Source of the DNA: Patescibacteria group bacterium
Lineage (GTDB): Bacteria; Patescibacteriota; Minisyncoccia; Phycocordibacterales; Phycocordibacteraceae
Length of the DNA: 64,000 bases
Reading direction: 5' to 3'
NCBI GenBank assembly: GCA_040390125.1
Contig: JAZJYZ010000001.1
Span: forward strand, 374,402-438,401
In this document: positions 44,246 to 53,472 of the stretch, piece by piece
How positions within the stretch are numbered: position 1 is the first letter of the stretch
Layout: the number at the start of each line of letters is the position of its first letter
Position numbers and translations under genes: made by a program
Notes under the pieces: generated by a model
Told to the model about the DNA's origin: nothing
Seen by the model: only the letters and a program-made list of their open reading frames with translations
Databases searched by the model: none

Positions 44246-45706
44246 ATGGCACAGGACGAGACGATTTTACGCTTTGAGGACGTCTCGCACGAATTCAGTG
44301 CGAAGAAGCCTATTCTTGATGAGGTGAGTTTTTCGGTGCGCCGTGGTAAGAAAATTACCTTGATGGGGCAAAATGGAGCGGGTAAGAGTACTATCTTCAA
44401 GCTCATCGTCGGAGCCGAGAAACCTGAAGCAGGAACTATTCATCTTCCGCCCAAGATGAGTATCGCAACGTCACGACAGGTCATTCCAAGGACTGAAATG
44501 GAATTGACGATTCGTGAGTTTTTCCAAAAAATGTTCGATAAACCTGTCTATGATATCGATCCACGCATCGATGCTGTCTTGGAGGTAGTGAACTTGAAGC
44601 ACCCAGAGAAATTACACGATAGAATTGTTGGTTCATTTTCCGGTGGTCAGCAGGCGCGTATACTTCTCGCTTCTGCGCTTATCCAGAATCCTGACCTACT
44701 TCTTTTAGACGAGCCAACCAACAACCTCGATAAAGCAGGCATCGCACATCTCACGGATTTTCTCATCAAGTACGACAAGACCTGCATTGTTATTTCCCAC
44801 GATGCACATTTTTTGAATTCCTTCTCTGACGGCGTTTTGTATCTGGACGTACACACGAAGAAGGTCGAGCAATACGCAGGCAATTACAACGACGTCTTGA
44901 AAGACATCACCGCGCGGGTAGAGAAAGAGAATATGAAGAACGCACAGCTTGCAAAGGCCATAATTGCCAACAAAGAGAAGGCGAACTTCTTTGCTCAGAA
45001 AGGAGGCGGTATGCGAATGGTAGCCAAGCGTATGCGTAAAGCGGCGGAAGAGATGGAGGAGTCTAAGGTGGATGTTCGTCGTGAGGATAAAACTATTAAA
45101 GCGTTTACTATTCCCGTGCAAGAGAATGTAGGAGGTGAAGTGCTTACCATCACTTCGTATACGACTCTCAAGGATCATAAGCCGAAAGTTCACAAGAAAA
45201 ACCTCGTGCTCAGGCGTGGCGAGCACTTGATACTCGTGGGACCGAACGGCATCGGGAAGAGTACGTTACTGGAGTCAATCGCAAAGAACGCTTCTGATGG
45301 AGTCACTATTAATAAAGGTGTCACGGTGGGTTATTACCGGCAGGATTTCTCGAACCTTGATTTCGAATCCACAGTGTTTCAAGAATTGGCAGGAGCCATG
45401 AAAGAACAGAAGGAAGACAAGCTTCGCTCAGTTGCGGCAAGTTTTCTTATCACGGGGGATTTGATACACACAAAAATTAGCCATCTTTCAGAGGGACAAA
45501 AAGGGCTGGTGGCGTTTGCCAGACTCGTGCTTTTACAGCCAGGGCTTCTTATTCTTGATGAGCCCACTAATCACATAAACTTCCGTCACTTGCCTGTGAT
45601 TGCCTCAGCACTCGACAAGTTTCAAGGTGCAATGATTTTGGTGAGTCACGTGCCAGAATTTGTGTCGAAGATTCGTATTGACGAGACTTTAGACCTCACG
45701 AAATAA
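44246..45706 (+). CDS. ABC-F family ATPase (two ABC domains, no TM)
   Basis: two Walker A (GQNGAGKST, GPNGIGKST) and two signature motifs (FSGGQQAR, LSEGQKG). Confidence 0.85.
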   Translation: MAQDETILRFEDVSHEFSAKKPILDEVSFSVRRGKKITLMGQNGAGKSTIFKLIVGAEKPEAGTIHLPPKMSIATSRQVIPRTEMELTIREFFQKMFDKPVYDIDPRIDAVLEVVNLKHPEKLHDRIVGSFSGGQQARILLASALIQNPDLLLLDEPTNNLDKAGIAHLTDFLIKYDKTCIVISHDAHFLNSFSDGVLYLDVHTKKVEQYAGNYNDVLKDITARVEKENMKNAQLAKAIIANKEKANFFAQKGGGMRMVAKRMRKAAEEMEESKVDVRREDKTIKAFTIPVQENVGGEVLTITSYTTLKDHKPKVHKKNLVLRRGEHLILVGPNGIGKSTLLESIAKNASDGVTINKGVTVGYYRQDFSNLDFESTVFQELAGAMKEQKEDKLRSVAASFLITGDLIHTKISHLSEGQKGLVAFARLVLLQPGLLILDEPTNHINFRHLPVIASALDKFQGAMILVSHVPEFVSKIRIDETLDLTK

Positions 45707-45714
45707 AATTCAGT

Positions 45715-45957
45715 TTGACAGTGTGTCGCTCTAGAGTACTCTGGTTTAGTATGAGACAAGGCGAATTGGAGCCTTCAAAGGCCGACATTGATCGGGCGTT
45801 TGAAGATAAAGGGGACGATATTGTGGCTGCCATGAGGAGGGATGATGTCTCTCACCAATTCTTTGGAAAGACGTGGAAATTGTTATTTCCTGGGGAAAAA
45901 ACTAAAGTGATGGAAGTGCTCAGAGCAGAAAACCAGACTCACAAGAATCTACATTGA
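45715..45957 (+). CDS. hypothetical small protein
   Basis: 80-aa ORF. Confidence 0.25.
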   Translation: MTVCRSRVLWFSMRQGELEPSKADIDRAFEDKGDDIVAAMRRDDVSHQFFGKTWKLLFPGEKTKVMEVLRAENQTHKNLH

Positions 45958-45981
45958 CCGTTAAGCTTTTCTCCACTTCCG

Positions 45982-47277
45982 ATGCAAAATAAGCTGGGCA
46001 AATCTAATTTCCAAACTCCGTACGACCTCATTGTCGTCGGAGGCGGAGCGTCTGGCCTTATGGCCGCAGGGAGAGCGGGAGAGTGCGGTAAGCGAGTATT
46101 ACTTTTGGAAAAGAACAAACGGCTTGGAGAGAAGCTCAAAATTTCAGGTGGAGGACGTTGCAACATTACTAATGCGGAATTTGATGCACGGGTACTTTTG
46201 CAGGCATATGGAAAGGCCGAGCAGTTTTTGTATTCTGTATTCTCGCAGTTCGGAGTGAAGGATACCTTCTCTTTCTTCGAGTCCCGTGGGCTTCCGCTCG
46301 TCGTGCAAGGGAAGAAGCGTGCGTTTCCTCATACTGAAAAAGCAGAAGACGTGTTGAAAGTGCTTCAAAAATATTTAGCGGACGGTCGAGTTACTGTGCG
46401 GGTTGGTTCTCCAGTTACAAAAATTCATTTTGATGTGAACGGTATAACCAGGGTGTCGTCAGGCAAAGAAACCTATCGTGCGACTAACTATCTTTTCTCA
46501 ACTGGAGGTGTATCGCATCCAGAAACTGGTTCGACAGGTGACGGCTTTGGCTGGCTTCGAGAGCTTGGACACAGCGTTGTTAAACCTACTCCGACAGTCG
46601 TTCCGCTTAAGGTTGATGATGCATGGAGCAAAAAGCTTGCGGGAGTGTCAGTTGAATCAATGAAGATAACTTTTTTTTCAGAAACTAAAAAAGCATTTTC
46701 TGAAACGGGAAAAATACTTTTTACTCATTTTGGTATCTCCGGGCCTCTCATTTTAAACAGTGCACACAAAGTTGCTGACTTATTGCAGGAAGGGGCTGTT
46801 ATGGCCGGCATAGATCTTTTCCCGGGCACTGACCACGGAGCGCTTGAGAAAAATATTATTGCGATATTTGATAGTAATAAAAATAAAACACTTAAGAACA
46901 TTCTTAAAGAATTGGTGCCAGCAGGTACGGCTAAAGGTATCGTCACATTGCTTGCCGAACGTGTAGACACTTTAAAAAAAGTTCACTCTATCAGCAAAGA
47001 AGAGCGTAAATACATTGTGCGGACACTTAAAGCTCTTCCGCTCACCATTACTGGACTCATGGGTTTTGACAGAGCTGTTATTGCGGATGGGGGTGTACAG
47101 CTTGAAGAAATTGATATGAGAACGATGCGTTCAAAGAAAGTCTCTAATCTCTACGTGACGGGAGATTTACTTCACATCAATAGGCCGTCTGGTGGTTTTT
47201 CATTACAGCTTTGCTGGTCTTCAGGCTACGTGGCTGGAAGTCATGCGGGGGAGCGGGGTCGGGTCGGGGATGCGTAG
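45982..47277 (+). CDS. NAD(P)/FAD-dependent oxidoreductase, HI0933/BaiN-like flavoprotein
   Basis: DLIVVGGGASGLMAA dinucleotide fold; ISGGGRCNITN motif; 431 aa. Confidence 0.85.
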   Translation: MQNKLGKSNFQTPYDLIVVGGGASGLMAAGRAGECGKRVLLLEKNKRLGEKLKISGGGRCNITNAEFDARVLLQAYGKAEQFLYSVFSQFGVKDTFSFFESRGLPLVVQGKKRAFPHTEKAEDVLKVLQKYLADGRVTVRVGSPVTKIHFDVNGITRVSSGKETYRATNYLFSTGGVSHPETGSTGDGFGWLRELGHSVVKPTPTVVPLKVDDAWSKKLAGVSVESMKITFFSETKKAFSETGKILFTHFGISGPLILNSAHKVADLLQEGAVMAGIDLFPGTDHGALEKNIIAIFDSNKNKTLKNILKELVPAGTAKGIVTLLAERVDTLKKVHSISKEERKYIVRTLKALPLTITGLMGFDRAVIADGGVQLEEIDMRTMRSKKVSNLYVTGDLLHINRPSGGFSLQLCWSSGYVAGSHAGERGRVGDA

Positions 47278-47318
47278 GGGTTTTTGAATTTTTTTGGACA
47301 CCATTTATACTGTGTGTC

Positions 47319-47519
47319 ATGGGAGTAGAGGTGCGAATGGATCTTGGATCTAGTGACGGGTTTGATTTTGAGGACATCACTACAGTAATGAAGCGTGCTT
47401 TCAAAAGGCGCAATAAGCTTGCAAGGCGACTTTTTGGAGCGCCTTATAAAAATTTGTCTTCCGCAGAACAAAGACAAGTTGGTTTTGCTCTCTCGATAGA
47501 AAATCAAGGTCTCCATTAA
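47319..47519 (+). CDS. hypothetical small protein (internal-Met version of the track ORF 47211-47519)
   Basis: weak; converges on the rsuA-like gene. Confidence 0.15.
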   Translation: MGVEVRMDLGSSDGFDFEDITTVMKRAFKRRNKLARRLFGAPYKNLSSAEQRQVGFALSIENQGLH

Positions 47520-48301
47520 AGGCTCAAGCTTTTCAAAAACAACTCAAGCTCGGTGCTTTTAAGTTCTCGATGTTGCCCTGATTTCAATGTGCCCAGATCT
47601 ATGTTCATCACACGCATACGTTCCAATGTTTCGATATTTACGCCGACCGCTACGCACATCCGGCGTATCTGATGTTTCTTTCCTTCGATAAGGGTAATGG
47701 TGAATGAGGTGTCACTCTCGATCTCAATCTTAGAAGGTTTCGTCACATATCCTTCGATATCGACGCCCGCCTCCATTCTTTTTTTGAAATTCTTGGGTAA
47801 TTCATCTGTGGTTGTTACCCGGTATTCTTTCTCGTGCTCATATTCTGGATTGAGTAGTTTGTCAGTGATGCGTCCATCGTCGGTAAGAATAATGAGTCCT
47901 GTCGATTTTTTATCGAGTCTACCAACAGGGAATACTCCTTTAAGTGATGTTGCCATTGCGATATCTTTCTCACCCTCTTGTGCTGAGTGGGTAACAATGC
48001 CGATTGGCTTGTTGTAGGCATAATAGCGATATTCCTTTCGAGTGCCTTTCACCTCGACTACATCTTTTTCTTCCACTTTGTCTCCAAGGACTGCCTGTCT
48101 ACCATTAATGAATACCAACCCTTGTGAAATCAGGGCATCCGCTCCTTTCCTAGTCGAATATCCCTTTACAGCGAGGTATTTGTTAATCCGAAGTGGCGAT
48201 TTAGCGAAATCGTGTGATTCAACAGAATCATGTCGGGCAGTGTCCATTGAAGCCCGACCAGAATCGATTGAAGCACGGCTCTTTGGAGTGAGCTGAGACA
48301 T
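47516..48301 (-). CDS. pseudouridine synthase, RsuA/RluB family (start at internal Met MSQLTPKS; the track ORF extends to 48496, overlapping the divergent cupin gene)
   Basis: S4 domain (INKYLAVKGYSTRKGADALI) and catalytic PVGRLDKKSTGLIILTDDG. Confidence 0.85.
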   Translation of the reverse strand: MSQLTPKSRASIDSGRASMDTARHDSVESHDFAKSPLRINKYLAVKGYSTRKGADALISQGLVFINGRQAVLGDKVEEKDVVEVKGTRKEYRYYAYNKPIGIVTHSAQEGEKDIAMATSLKGVFPVGRLDKKSTGLIILTDDGRITDKLLNPEYEHEKEYRVTTTDELPKNFKKRMEAGVDIEGYVTKPSKIEIESDTSFTITLIEGKKHQIRRMCVAVGVNIETLERMRVMNIDLGTLKSGQHRELKSTELELFLKSLSL

Positions 48302-48354
48302 CTGTGTGCAGTATATAATGGAGGGAGAGTTATCAATAATGACTTCGCATATAT

Positions 48355-48759
48355 ATGAATGGATTTGTAACGAACATTGAAAAGGAATCGCTCGAAAATG
48401 AAAATTTCCGCACGGTTTTGTATACCGATAATCGATTGCAGTTAGTGGTGATGAACTTAAAACCCAACGAAGATATTGGGGAGGAGGTGCATACACTCGA
48501 TCAATTTATTCGAGTAGAAAAAGGAGAAGGGAAATCAGTATTGGACGGTGAAGAGAAAGCACTCGCTGATGGGTTTGCGGTCATTATTCCTGCAGGTGCT
48601 CGTCATAATATTGTAAACACGTCTTCAGTGAATCCTTTGAAGCTCTACACGCTTTACGCTCCGCCTAATCATCGAGAGGGGACTGTGCACAAAACGAAGG
48701 CCGATGCTATAGCCGACGAAGGCGAGCATTTTGTACCAAAGACCCAGGAATTTGATTGA
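48355..48759 (+). CDS. cupin domain protein
   Basis: two-His cupin motifs (GEEVHTLDQF…, AGARHNIVN); 134 aa. Confidence 0.7.
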   Translation: MNGFVTNIEKESLENENFRTVLYTDNRLQLVVMNLKPNEDIGEEVHTLDQFIRVEKGEGKSVLDGEEKALADGFAVIIPAGARHNIVNTSSVNPLKLYTLYAPPNHREGTVHKTKADAIADEGEHFVPKTQEFD

Positions 48760-48771
48760 TATACTGCACGC

Positions 48772-49197
48772 ATGAATGTTTCGAGAGGTACCCAAAAGAT
48801 ATTTTGGATTACAGGAATTATTTTCTGTGTTGTGACGACTTTCACTTTTCTCACGGGAACCGTTACGAGCGTACCTAGCGTCCCAGTGCCTTCGGTCGCA
48901 GTGCCATCTGAAGGCCCTATCGCTATTTCTGGAGTCATGCTTTGCTTGCCACATAATAATGTCGAAGGACCCCAGACGAGCGAATGTGCCTATGGGCTCA
49001 AAGACGATTCCGAGAGATATTTCATGCTATTAGATTCCGATCCGAACTACCTCAACATCATTCGAGTTCCCATGAACGTGCGTGTGAAAGTGGAGGGGAT
49101 GTTCGGGCCGCACAATAGCTCGAAGTACCGGGATATCGGAATCATCTCGGCTACGAAGGTAACGGCACTTGACGTACTAACGGCCTCCGGGGAGTAG
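48772..49197 (+). CDS. membrane-anchored hypothetical protein
   Basis: 141 aa; N-terminal TM, Pro/Val-rich linker. Confidence 0.35.
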   Translation: MNVSRGTQKIFWITGIIFCVVTTFTFLTGTVTSVPSVPVPSVAVPSEGPIAISGVMLCLPHNNVEGPQTSECAYGLKDDSERYFMLLDSDPNYLNIIRVPMNVRVKVEGMFGPHNSSKYRDIGIISATKVTALDVLTASGE

Positions 49198-49204
49198 AAA
49201 GCCT

Positions 49205-49726
49205 TCAGGCATTCTTGAGTACCTGTCTTTTTATTTGAGACATGCGTACGATTTCAAATGCACCGAATAGGGCAAGGCTGTAAGTAATATCTCCAAGAAG
49301 CATGTTTCGGAGGAACGGGAGACCGAGCGTGTAGGCATAGAGGAGTCCTTCGATGCTTTTTTCGTACCACGGAGAGAAGAGCCATACGGAAAAATTGGTG
49401 ACGAGGAAGAAAAGTAACGACGCACTGAGGAGTACAAAGCCAGTGGGAAGTATTTTTCGATATTTTTGAGCAACAATACCAAGGAGACTGATAAAAATGA
49501 AAGATGCATACACACTGATGAGTATTCTCCAGTCGTAGAAACCTATAATCGCATCTGTAATGAGTATGGTAATGATTGGGATGAGGATTGCAGAGAGACG
49601 TCCGACATATTTGCTGGCAGTGAGTGTTACTGCTGTTATTGGTGTTGCGTTGGGGTTATGAGGAATTAAGCGACCAACTATGCCCACTCCTATAAGACTC
49701 ACTATAGAAAGAATTTTTGTTGGCAT
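49205..49726 (-). CDS. ECF-transporter S-component-like membrane protein (candidate cobalamin/cofactor uptake)
   Basis: ~6 TM, 173 aa from the internal Met; genomic context with DUF4430, PduO and nrdJ. Confidence 0.35.
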   Translation of the reverse strand: MPTKILSIVSLIGVGIVGRLIPHNPNATPITAVTLTASKYVGRLSAILIPIITILITDAIIGFYDWRILISVYASFIFISLLGIVAQKYRKILPTGFVLLSASLLFFLVTNFSVWLFSPWYEKSIEGLLYAYTLGLPFLRNMLLGDITYSLALFGAFEIVRMSQIKRQVLKNA

Positions 49727-49728
49727 AT

Positions 49729-50166
49729 TTATTCTTTTGAAGTCGCAAAGAACCACTCAATGTAATCTCCGGCCTTGAGGATGTATTGATCAGATCCAAT
49801 TTGAGGCACCGTGCCATTTACTGTGTACTGCCAGTATTTTTTATTCATCCCATTTTTATGAGTGCCTATTCCCTCAATTAAAACACCGAGCCCTTTGTAG
49901 GTTTTTGTGGAAAGTTGGAGCTGTGTATCTTCCTCATTTAATCTTTCAAGCACTGCGAGCACGGTTTCACCTTCAGCAATAGCAATCTGTTTGCCCACGT
50001 AGACATCTTGAATGGAGAGCGAGATTGTTGCAGTTTTTGTCTCCGAAACTTGAGTGGGCGACGAGGTTGTTTGGTTAATCAAAAATGATACTCCTCCAAT
50101 GAGAACGAGCGCAAAAACTATAAGGAGGGAGAGTTTGAGAAAATCTTTTTTCATATGATAGGTCAT
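49729..50166 (-). CDS. DUF4430-like secreted protein (family often adjacent to ECF S components / B12 uptake)
   Basis: 145 aa; N-terminal TM anchor; context. Confidence 0.4.
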   Translation of the reverse strand: MTYHMKKDFLKLSLLIVFALVLIGGVSFLINQTTSSPTQVSETKTATISLSIQDVYVGKQIAIAEGETVLAVLERLNEEDTQLQLSTKTYKGLGVLIEGIGTHKNGMNKKYWQYTVNGTVPQIGSDQYILKAGDYIEWFFATSKE

Positions 50167-50175
50167 TTAGATTAA

Positions 50176-50706
50176 TTAATATGAGGGTGAGGATTCTTTA
50201 GCTTTTGCTTTTGTTGCAACATAGCGGGCCATAGCATAGAGAAAGCTCGACAGGCGATTGAGGTATGCCAGGGATGCGGGCGAGATGGTGTGGTTAGTGT
50301 GCACACCAACAACGACACGTTCGGTTCTGCGTGACACAGCACGAGCGTAATCTAAGAGTCCCGAAAGCTCTGTGGCACCGGGAATGACAAATGCATTAGG
50401 TGTCTCGATTAACTTTTCAATTGAGTTCACGGCGTTTTCAAGTATGTCTACATGCTCTTGTGGGAGGACTTTCTCTGCTCCAGCAAGCTCCGCTTGGATA
50501 ATGAAGAGCGATTCTTGCGATTTTTGTACGGCATCATGTAATTGAAAAAGGCTGTACGAGACGAGCCTGGCTCGGCACATACCCAAGAGGGAATTGAGTT
50601 CATCAAGTGTTCCGAGTGCTTCGTATATAGGGCTGTTTTTAGGTAATCGATCCTTGGTACCGAAGAGTCCTGAAGTGCCGTTGTCTCCTTTCCGTGTGTA
50701 GAGCAT
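50176..50706 (-). CDS. pduO: ATP:cob(I)alamin adenosyltransferase, PduO type
   Basis: N-terminal MLYTRKGDNGTSGL hallmark; ~176 aa from the internal Met (the track ORF starts at 50772). Confidence 0.85.
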   Translation of the reverse strand: MLYTRKGDNGTSGLFGTKDRLPKNSPIYEALGTLDELNSLLGMCRARLVSYSLFQLHDAVQKSQESLFIIQAELAGAEKVLPQEHVDILENAVNSIEKLIETPNAFVIPGATELSGLLDYARAVSRRTERVVVGVHTNHTISPASLAYLNRLSSFLYAMARYVATKAKAKESSPSY

Positions 50707-50708
50707 AT

Positions 50709-53036
50709 TTATAGTGCTGAAACAGTTTCTACTGCAACAAACTCGTCTATCTCGCAGGTTCCGCCAACGCATGCGAGTTCTTTCTTCTGCTCTGTCTCGT
50801 CAGTATGTTCGTACGTGACGAGTTTTGAATAGTCTATTCTCGGAAACTTCGCAGTCATTTCTTCGTATCGCTCTTTATCTATCGCTTCGTAGGGTGCAAG
50901 TTGATACACATGGTCGAACCGTGGCAAGAAGGAAAGTCCACCAATAATTTCCCAATTTTTTTGTATCCAATCCACCACGGCAATCCACTCATTTTCGCCA
51001 ACAGAAATGGTGGCGGACGGATTGTGTTCTGTGTAATTGAGTTTTACTAGCTTCCAATATTCTAGTTGCTCTAGGGCTGAGAAATCATCTTTGAACACTG
51101 AACCTTTTGGTGACGCTACAGGGAACTCTAAAACATAGGTGCTTGCACTTTCTCTACTTTGTCCAACCTCAGGATAATAGGGGACGCCTTGATCTTTGAG
51201 CATCTTAAAAAGAGAGTCGGTTGCAGATATTCGTATGCGTCGTATGTAGTACTTTGAGTGGCGTGGATGAATGCCTGAAGAGCAGTTAAATGTTTGCGAA
51301 ACAGTACCTGAGGGTTTTACGGCAGTGACCGAAAGCGATGCTTTCACGCCGAATCTTTTTGCATAGACGGCATTTGTTTTCACGGCTATATCACGCATGG
51401 CACGCAAGGTTTCTGGTTCTCGTGCGACTTCGCTATCCCACTGACCTGTGACTGATACGCCGAGGAGTCGTTCATCTTCGCAGTGTTTCGTCCACTCTTT
51501 TGATATGTAGTTGAACTTCGTGAGCGTTGACTGGTATGTGCCAATAAGAGAGGCTATTCGTGTCTTTCGTATTAAGCTTTCATGAGTGTCATCTGAACGA
51601 GCAATTACTTCTGAAAGGTTACAAAATTCCTTTGACTGAAGAATGATTTCTCCACACGGGTTGGTGCCGATTGATCCCTGCACGACGCCGTCTTCGCCAA
51701 GAAACCCAACTTTTTTAAAATATGATTCCCTGCGTTTTGGTAGTGTATTTCCAAGGGCTCCTCTGTTGAAAATACCTCGCTCTCCTGAACCTGATTTCAT
51801 GAGTGCTACCCACTCCTCCATAAGCTCAGTGTTTGAAGGCTTTGTTTCATACACCGCTGAGTTGTTTGCTACTGAGCGGTACGGTTCGTTAAGGAAGAAC
51901 TGGCCTTTCTTCGCATCACGCAAATCGGTGTCATCAAGGTCAGAGAGGCTAATCATCGCTGTTCTGCGAACACCACCCGACACAACGCATTCACCGATTT
52001 TGCAGATGATGTCGTGTGCGTCAATACTGCGTAGGCGTCGTCCTTGCCTGCGAAGAATTTTTTCACGAGTAAACGCAAGAAGTGAACGCAAAGGTTCAGG
52101 ACCTGACGCTTTTCCGCCCATGGTCTTCAGTCGTGCACCTGAAGGGCGAATCTTTGAATAATCAAACTCAACGTCATCCCCTCTGTACCATGCTTTTAAT
52201 CCGAGTGTAAGCGCATCGCACCAGCCTTCTTTTGAATCGAGGACAACATGGGTGGCTATTTTTTTCTTTGTTTGTTTTTGAATTTGTGGCAATTGTTCTA
52301 TGTTTTGGCTTTCAACTGAAAATCCAACACCGCATCCCTGCATAGAGAGGTACATTATTTCTGCAAAATCTTCGAGCTTTGTTGGGGCAGTAAATGTACA
52401 GTTATATGCGCAGGTGTTGCATCTTCGTGCAGGTTCTCCTGAAAACTGCATAAGTCGCATTGATGGCATTACTTCCTGACGAAGAATTGCCTCGCGCACC
52501 TCAGCGTATTCTTCGTCACCAAGTTTTGCGCACAGATTTTCTTTCATGAACGCCACATAGCGGTCAACGGTTTCTATCCATGTTTCGCGACGATTTTCTG
52601 ACTCAATCCATCGTGCGTAGGTTCGAAGATATACAAATTCTCCCAAGGGATTTCCTTTGAAATATTTTTTACTCTCTTCGGCAAGTTTTCTAACATGTTC
52701 AGGCACTTCGCCTTGTGTGTTACGTAAGCGAGTGTGCTCCGCTCGATATAAAATGTAGGCTTTTGCAGTCGCAGGGAAGTTTTGTAGCATGAGTATTCTC
52801 TCAACCGCATCTTGCACTCCTTCTACTGTTGGCACGAACGTTGCATCATTGGTCTTTTTTGTATACAGACTTTTTTCCACCTCTTCAGCAATACTCGAGC
52901 CGACGCCATCCGTAAATTCTCCCGCCGCACGCATGGCTCGCTCTATGGCAACCGCAATTTTTTTAATCGCAAAGGGTACTCGTGTCCCGTTTCGTTTAAC
53001 GATGTGAGTGAGCAGTGTGGATTGTGTAGGTGACAT
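50709..53036 (-). CDS. nrdJ: adenosylcobalamin-dependent ribonucleotide reductase (class II), with N-terminal ATP-cone
   Basis: ATP-cone (VKRNGTRVPFAIKKIAVAIERA), RNR barrel motifs, class II-type C-terminus; 775 aa. Confidence 0.9.
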   Translation of the reverse strand: MSPTQSTLLTHIVKRNGTRVPFAIKKIAVAIERAMRAAGEFTDGVGSSIAEEVEKSLYTKKTNDATFVPTVEGVQDAVERILMLQNFPATAKAYILYRAEHTRLRNTQGEVPEHVRKLAEESKKYFKGNPLGEFVYLRTYARWIESENRRETWIETVDRYVAFMKENLCAKLGDEEYAEVREAILRQEVMPSMRLMQFSGEPARRCNTCAYNCTFTAPTKLEDFAEIMYLSMQGCGVGFSVESQNIEQLPQIQKQTKKKIATHVVLDSKEGWCDALTLGLKAWYRGDDVEFDYSKIRPSGARLKTMGGKASGPEPLRSLLAFTREKILRRQGRRLRSIDAHDIICKIGECVVSGGVRRTAMISLSDLDDTDLRDAKKGQFFLNEPYRSVANNSAVYETKPSNTELMEEWVALMKSGSGERGIFNRGALGNTLPKRRESYFKKVGFLGEDGVVQGSIGTNPCGEIILQSKEFCNLSEVIARSDDTHESLIRKTRIASLIGTYQSTLTKFNYISKEWTKHCEDERLLGVSVTGQWDSEVAREPETLRAMRDIAVKTNAVYAKRFGVKASLSVTAVKPSGTVSQTFNCSSGIHPRHSKYYIRRIRISATDSLFKMLKDQGVPYYPEVGQSRESASTYVLEFPVASPKGSVFKDDFSALEQLEYWKLVKLNYTEHNPSATISVGENEWIAVVDWIQKNWEIIGGLSFLPRFDHVYQLAPYEAIDKERYEEMTAKFPRIDYSKLVTYEHTDETEQKKELACVGGTCEIDEFVAVETVSAL

Positions 53037-53095
53037 ATGCGACGGAGATGATATATTGATAATGGTCTATGAATTTAACATATAGATAGAGGTCT

Positions 53096-53461
53096 ATGGG
53101 TAAAAAACAACTGGGGATAAAAAGTTCAAAAACAAAAACAACAAAGAGTAAAGGGGCTTTCGTGTATGCGCGACCAGCATGGGTCAAAAGTGGCGAAGAA
53201 GAGCTCTGCCCTGACTGCTTTAAGGTGGTGGGAGATAAGAGTCGCTATAACCTTGTGTGCTTACTTGGAAAAACCAAAGAAGGTATGACGGTTGGTGAGC
53301 TTACTGACCAGATGCAGTTGCGCCAACCAACAATATCGCATCACCTGAACATACTTCGCTCGGTTGATGCGGTGGAGAGTGAAGATCGTGGGCGTGAGAG
53401 GGTTTACACACTCAACCGGAGTGCGCATTGTTTTGAAGACTGTCAAATACCTTTTAAATAA
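53096..53461 (+). CDS. ArsR/SmtB-family transcriptional regulator
   Basis: wHTH MTVGELTDQMQLRQPTISHHLNILRSVDAV; 121 aa. Confidence 0.8.
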   Translation: MGKKQLGIKSSKTKTTKSKGAFVYARPAWVKSGEEELCPDCFKVVGDKSRYNLVCLLGKTKEGMTVGELTDQMQLRQPTISHHLNILRSVDAVESEDRGRERVYTLNRSAHCFEDCQIPFK

Positions 53462-53472
53462 TTATATAACAT

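Noticed and set aside
51643-52161. 172-aa plus-strand ORF inside nrdJ; similar antisense ORFs inside the ABC-F gene (44705-45226), the permease gene (38642-39082), the NirK-like gene (53713-54159) and the DUF4349 gene (41773-42165)
   Set aside because: All are embedded in longer frames with strong family signatures. They are shadow ORFs.
53037-53095. NrdR box upstream of nrdJ
   Set aside because: No match to the 16-bp palindromic consensus acaCwAtATaTwGtgt could be aligned. Only short ggtctatg direct repeats were seen.
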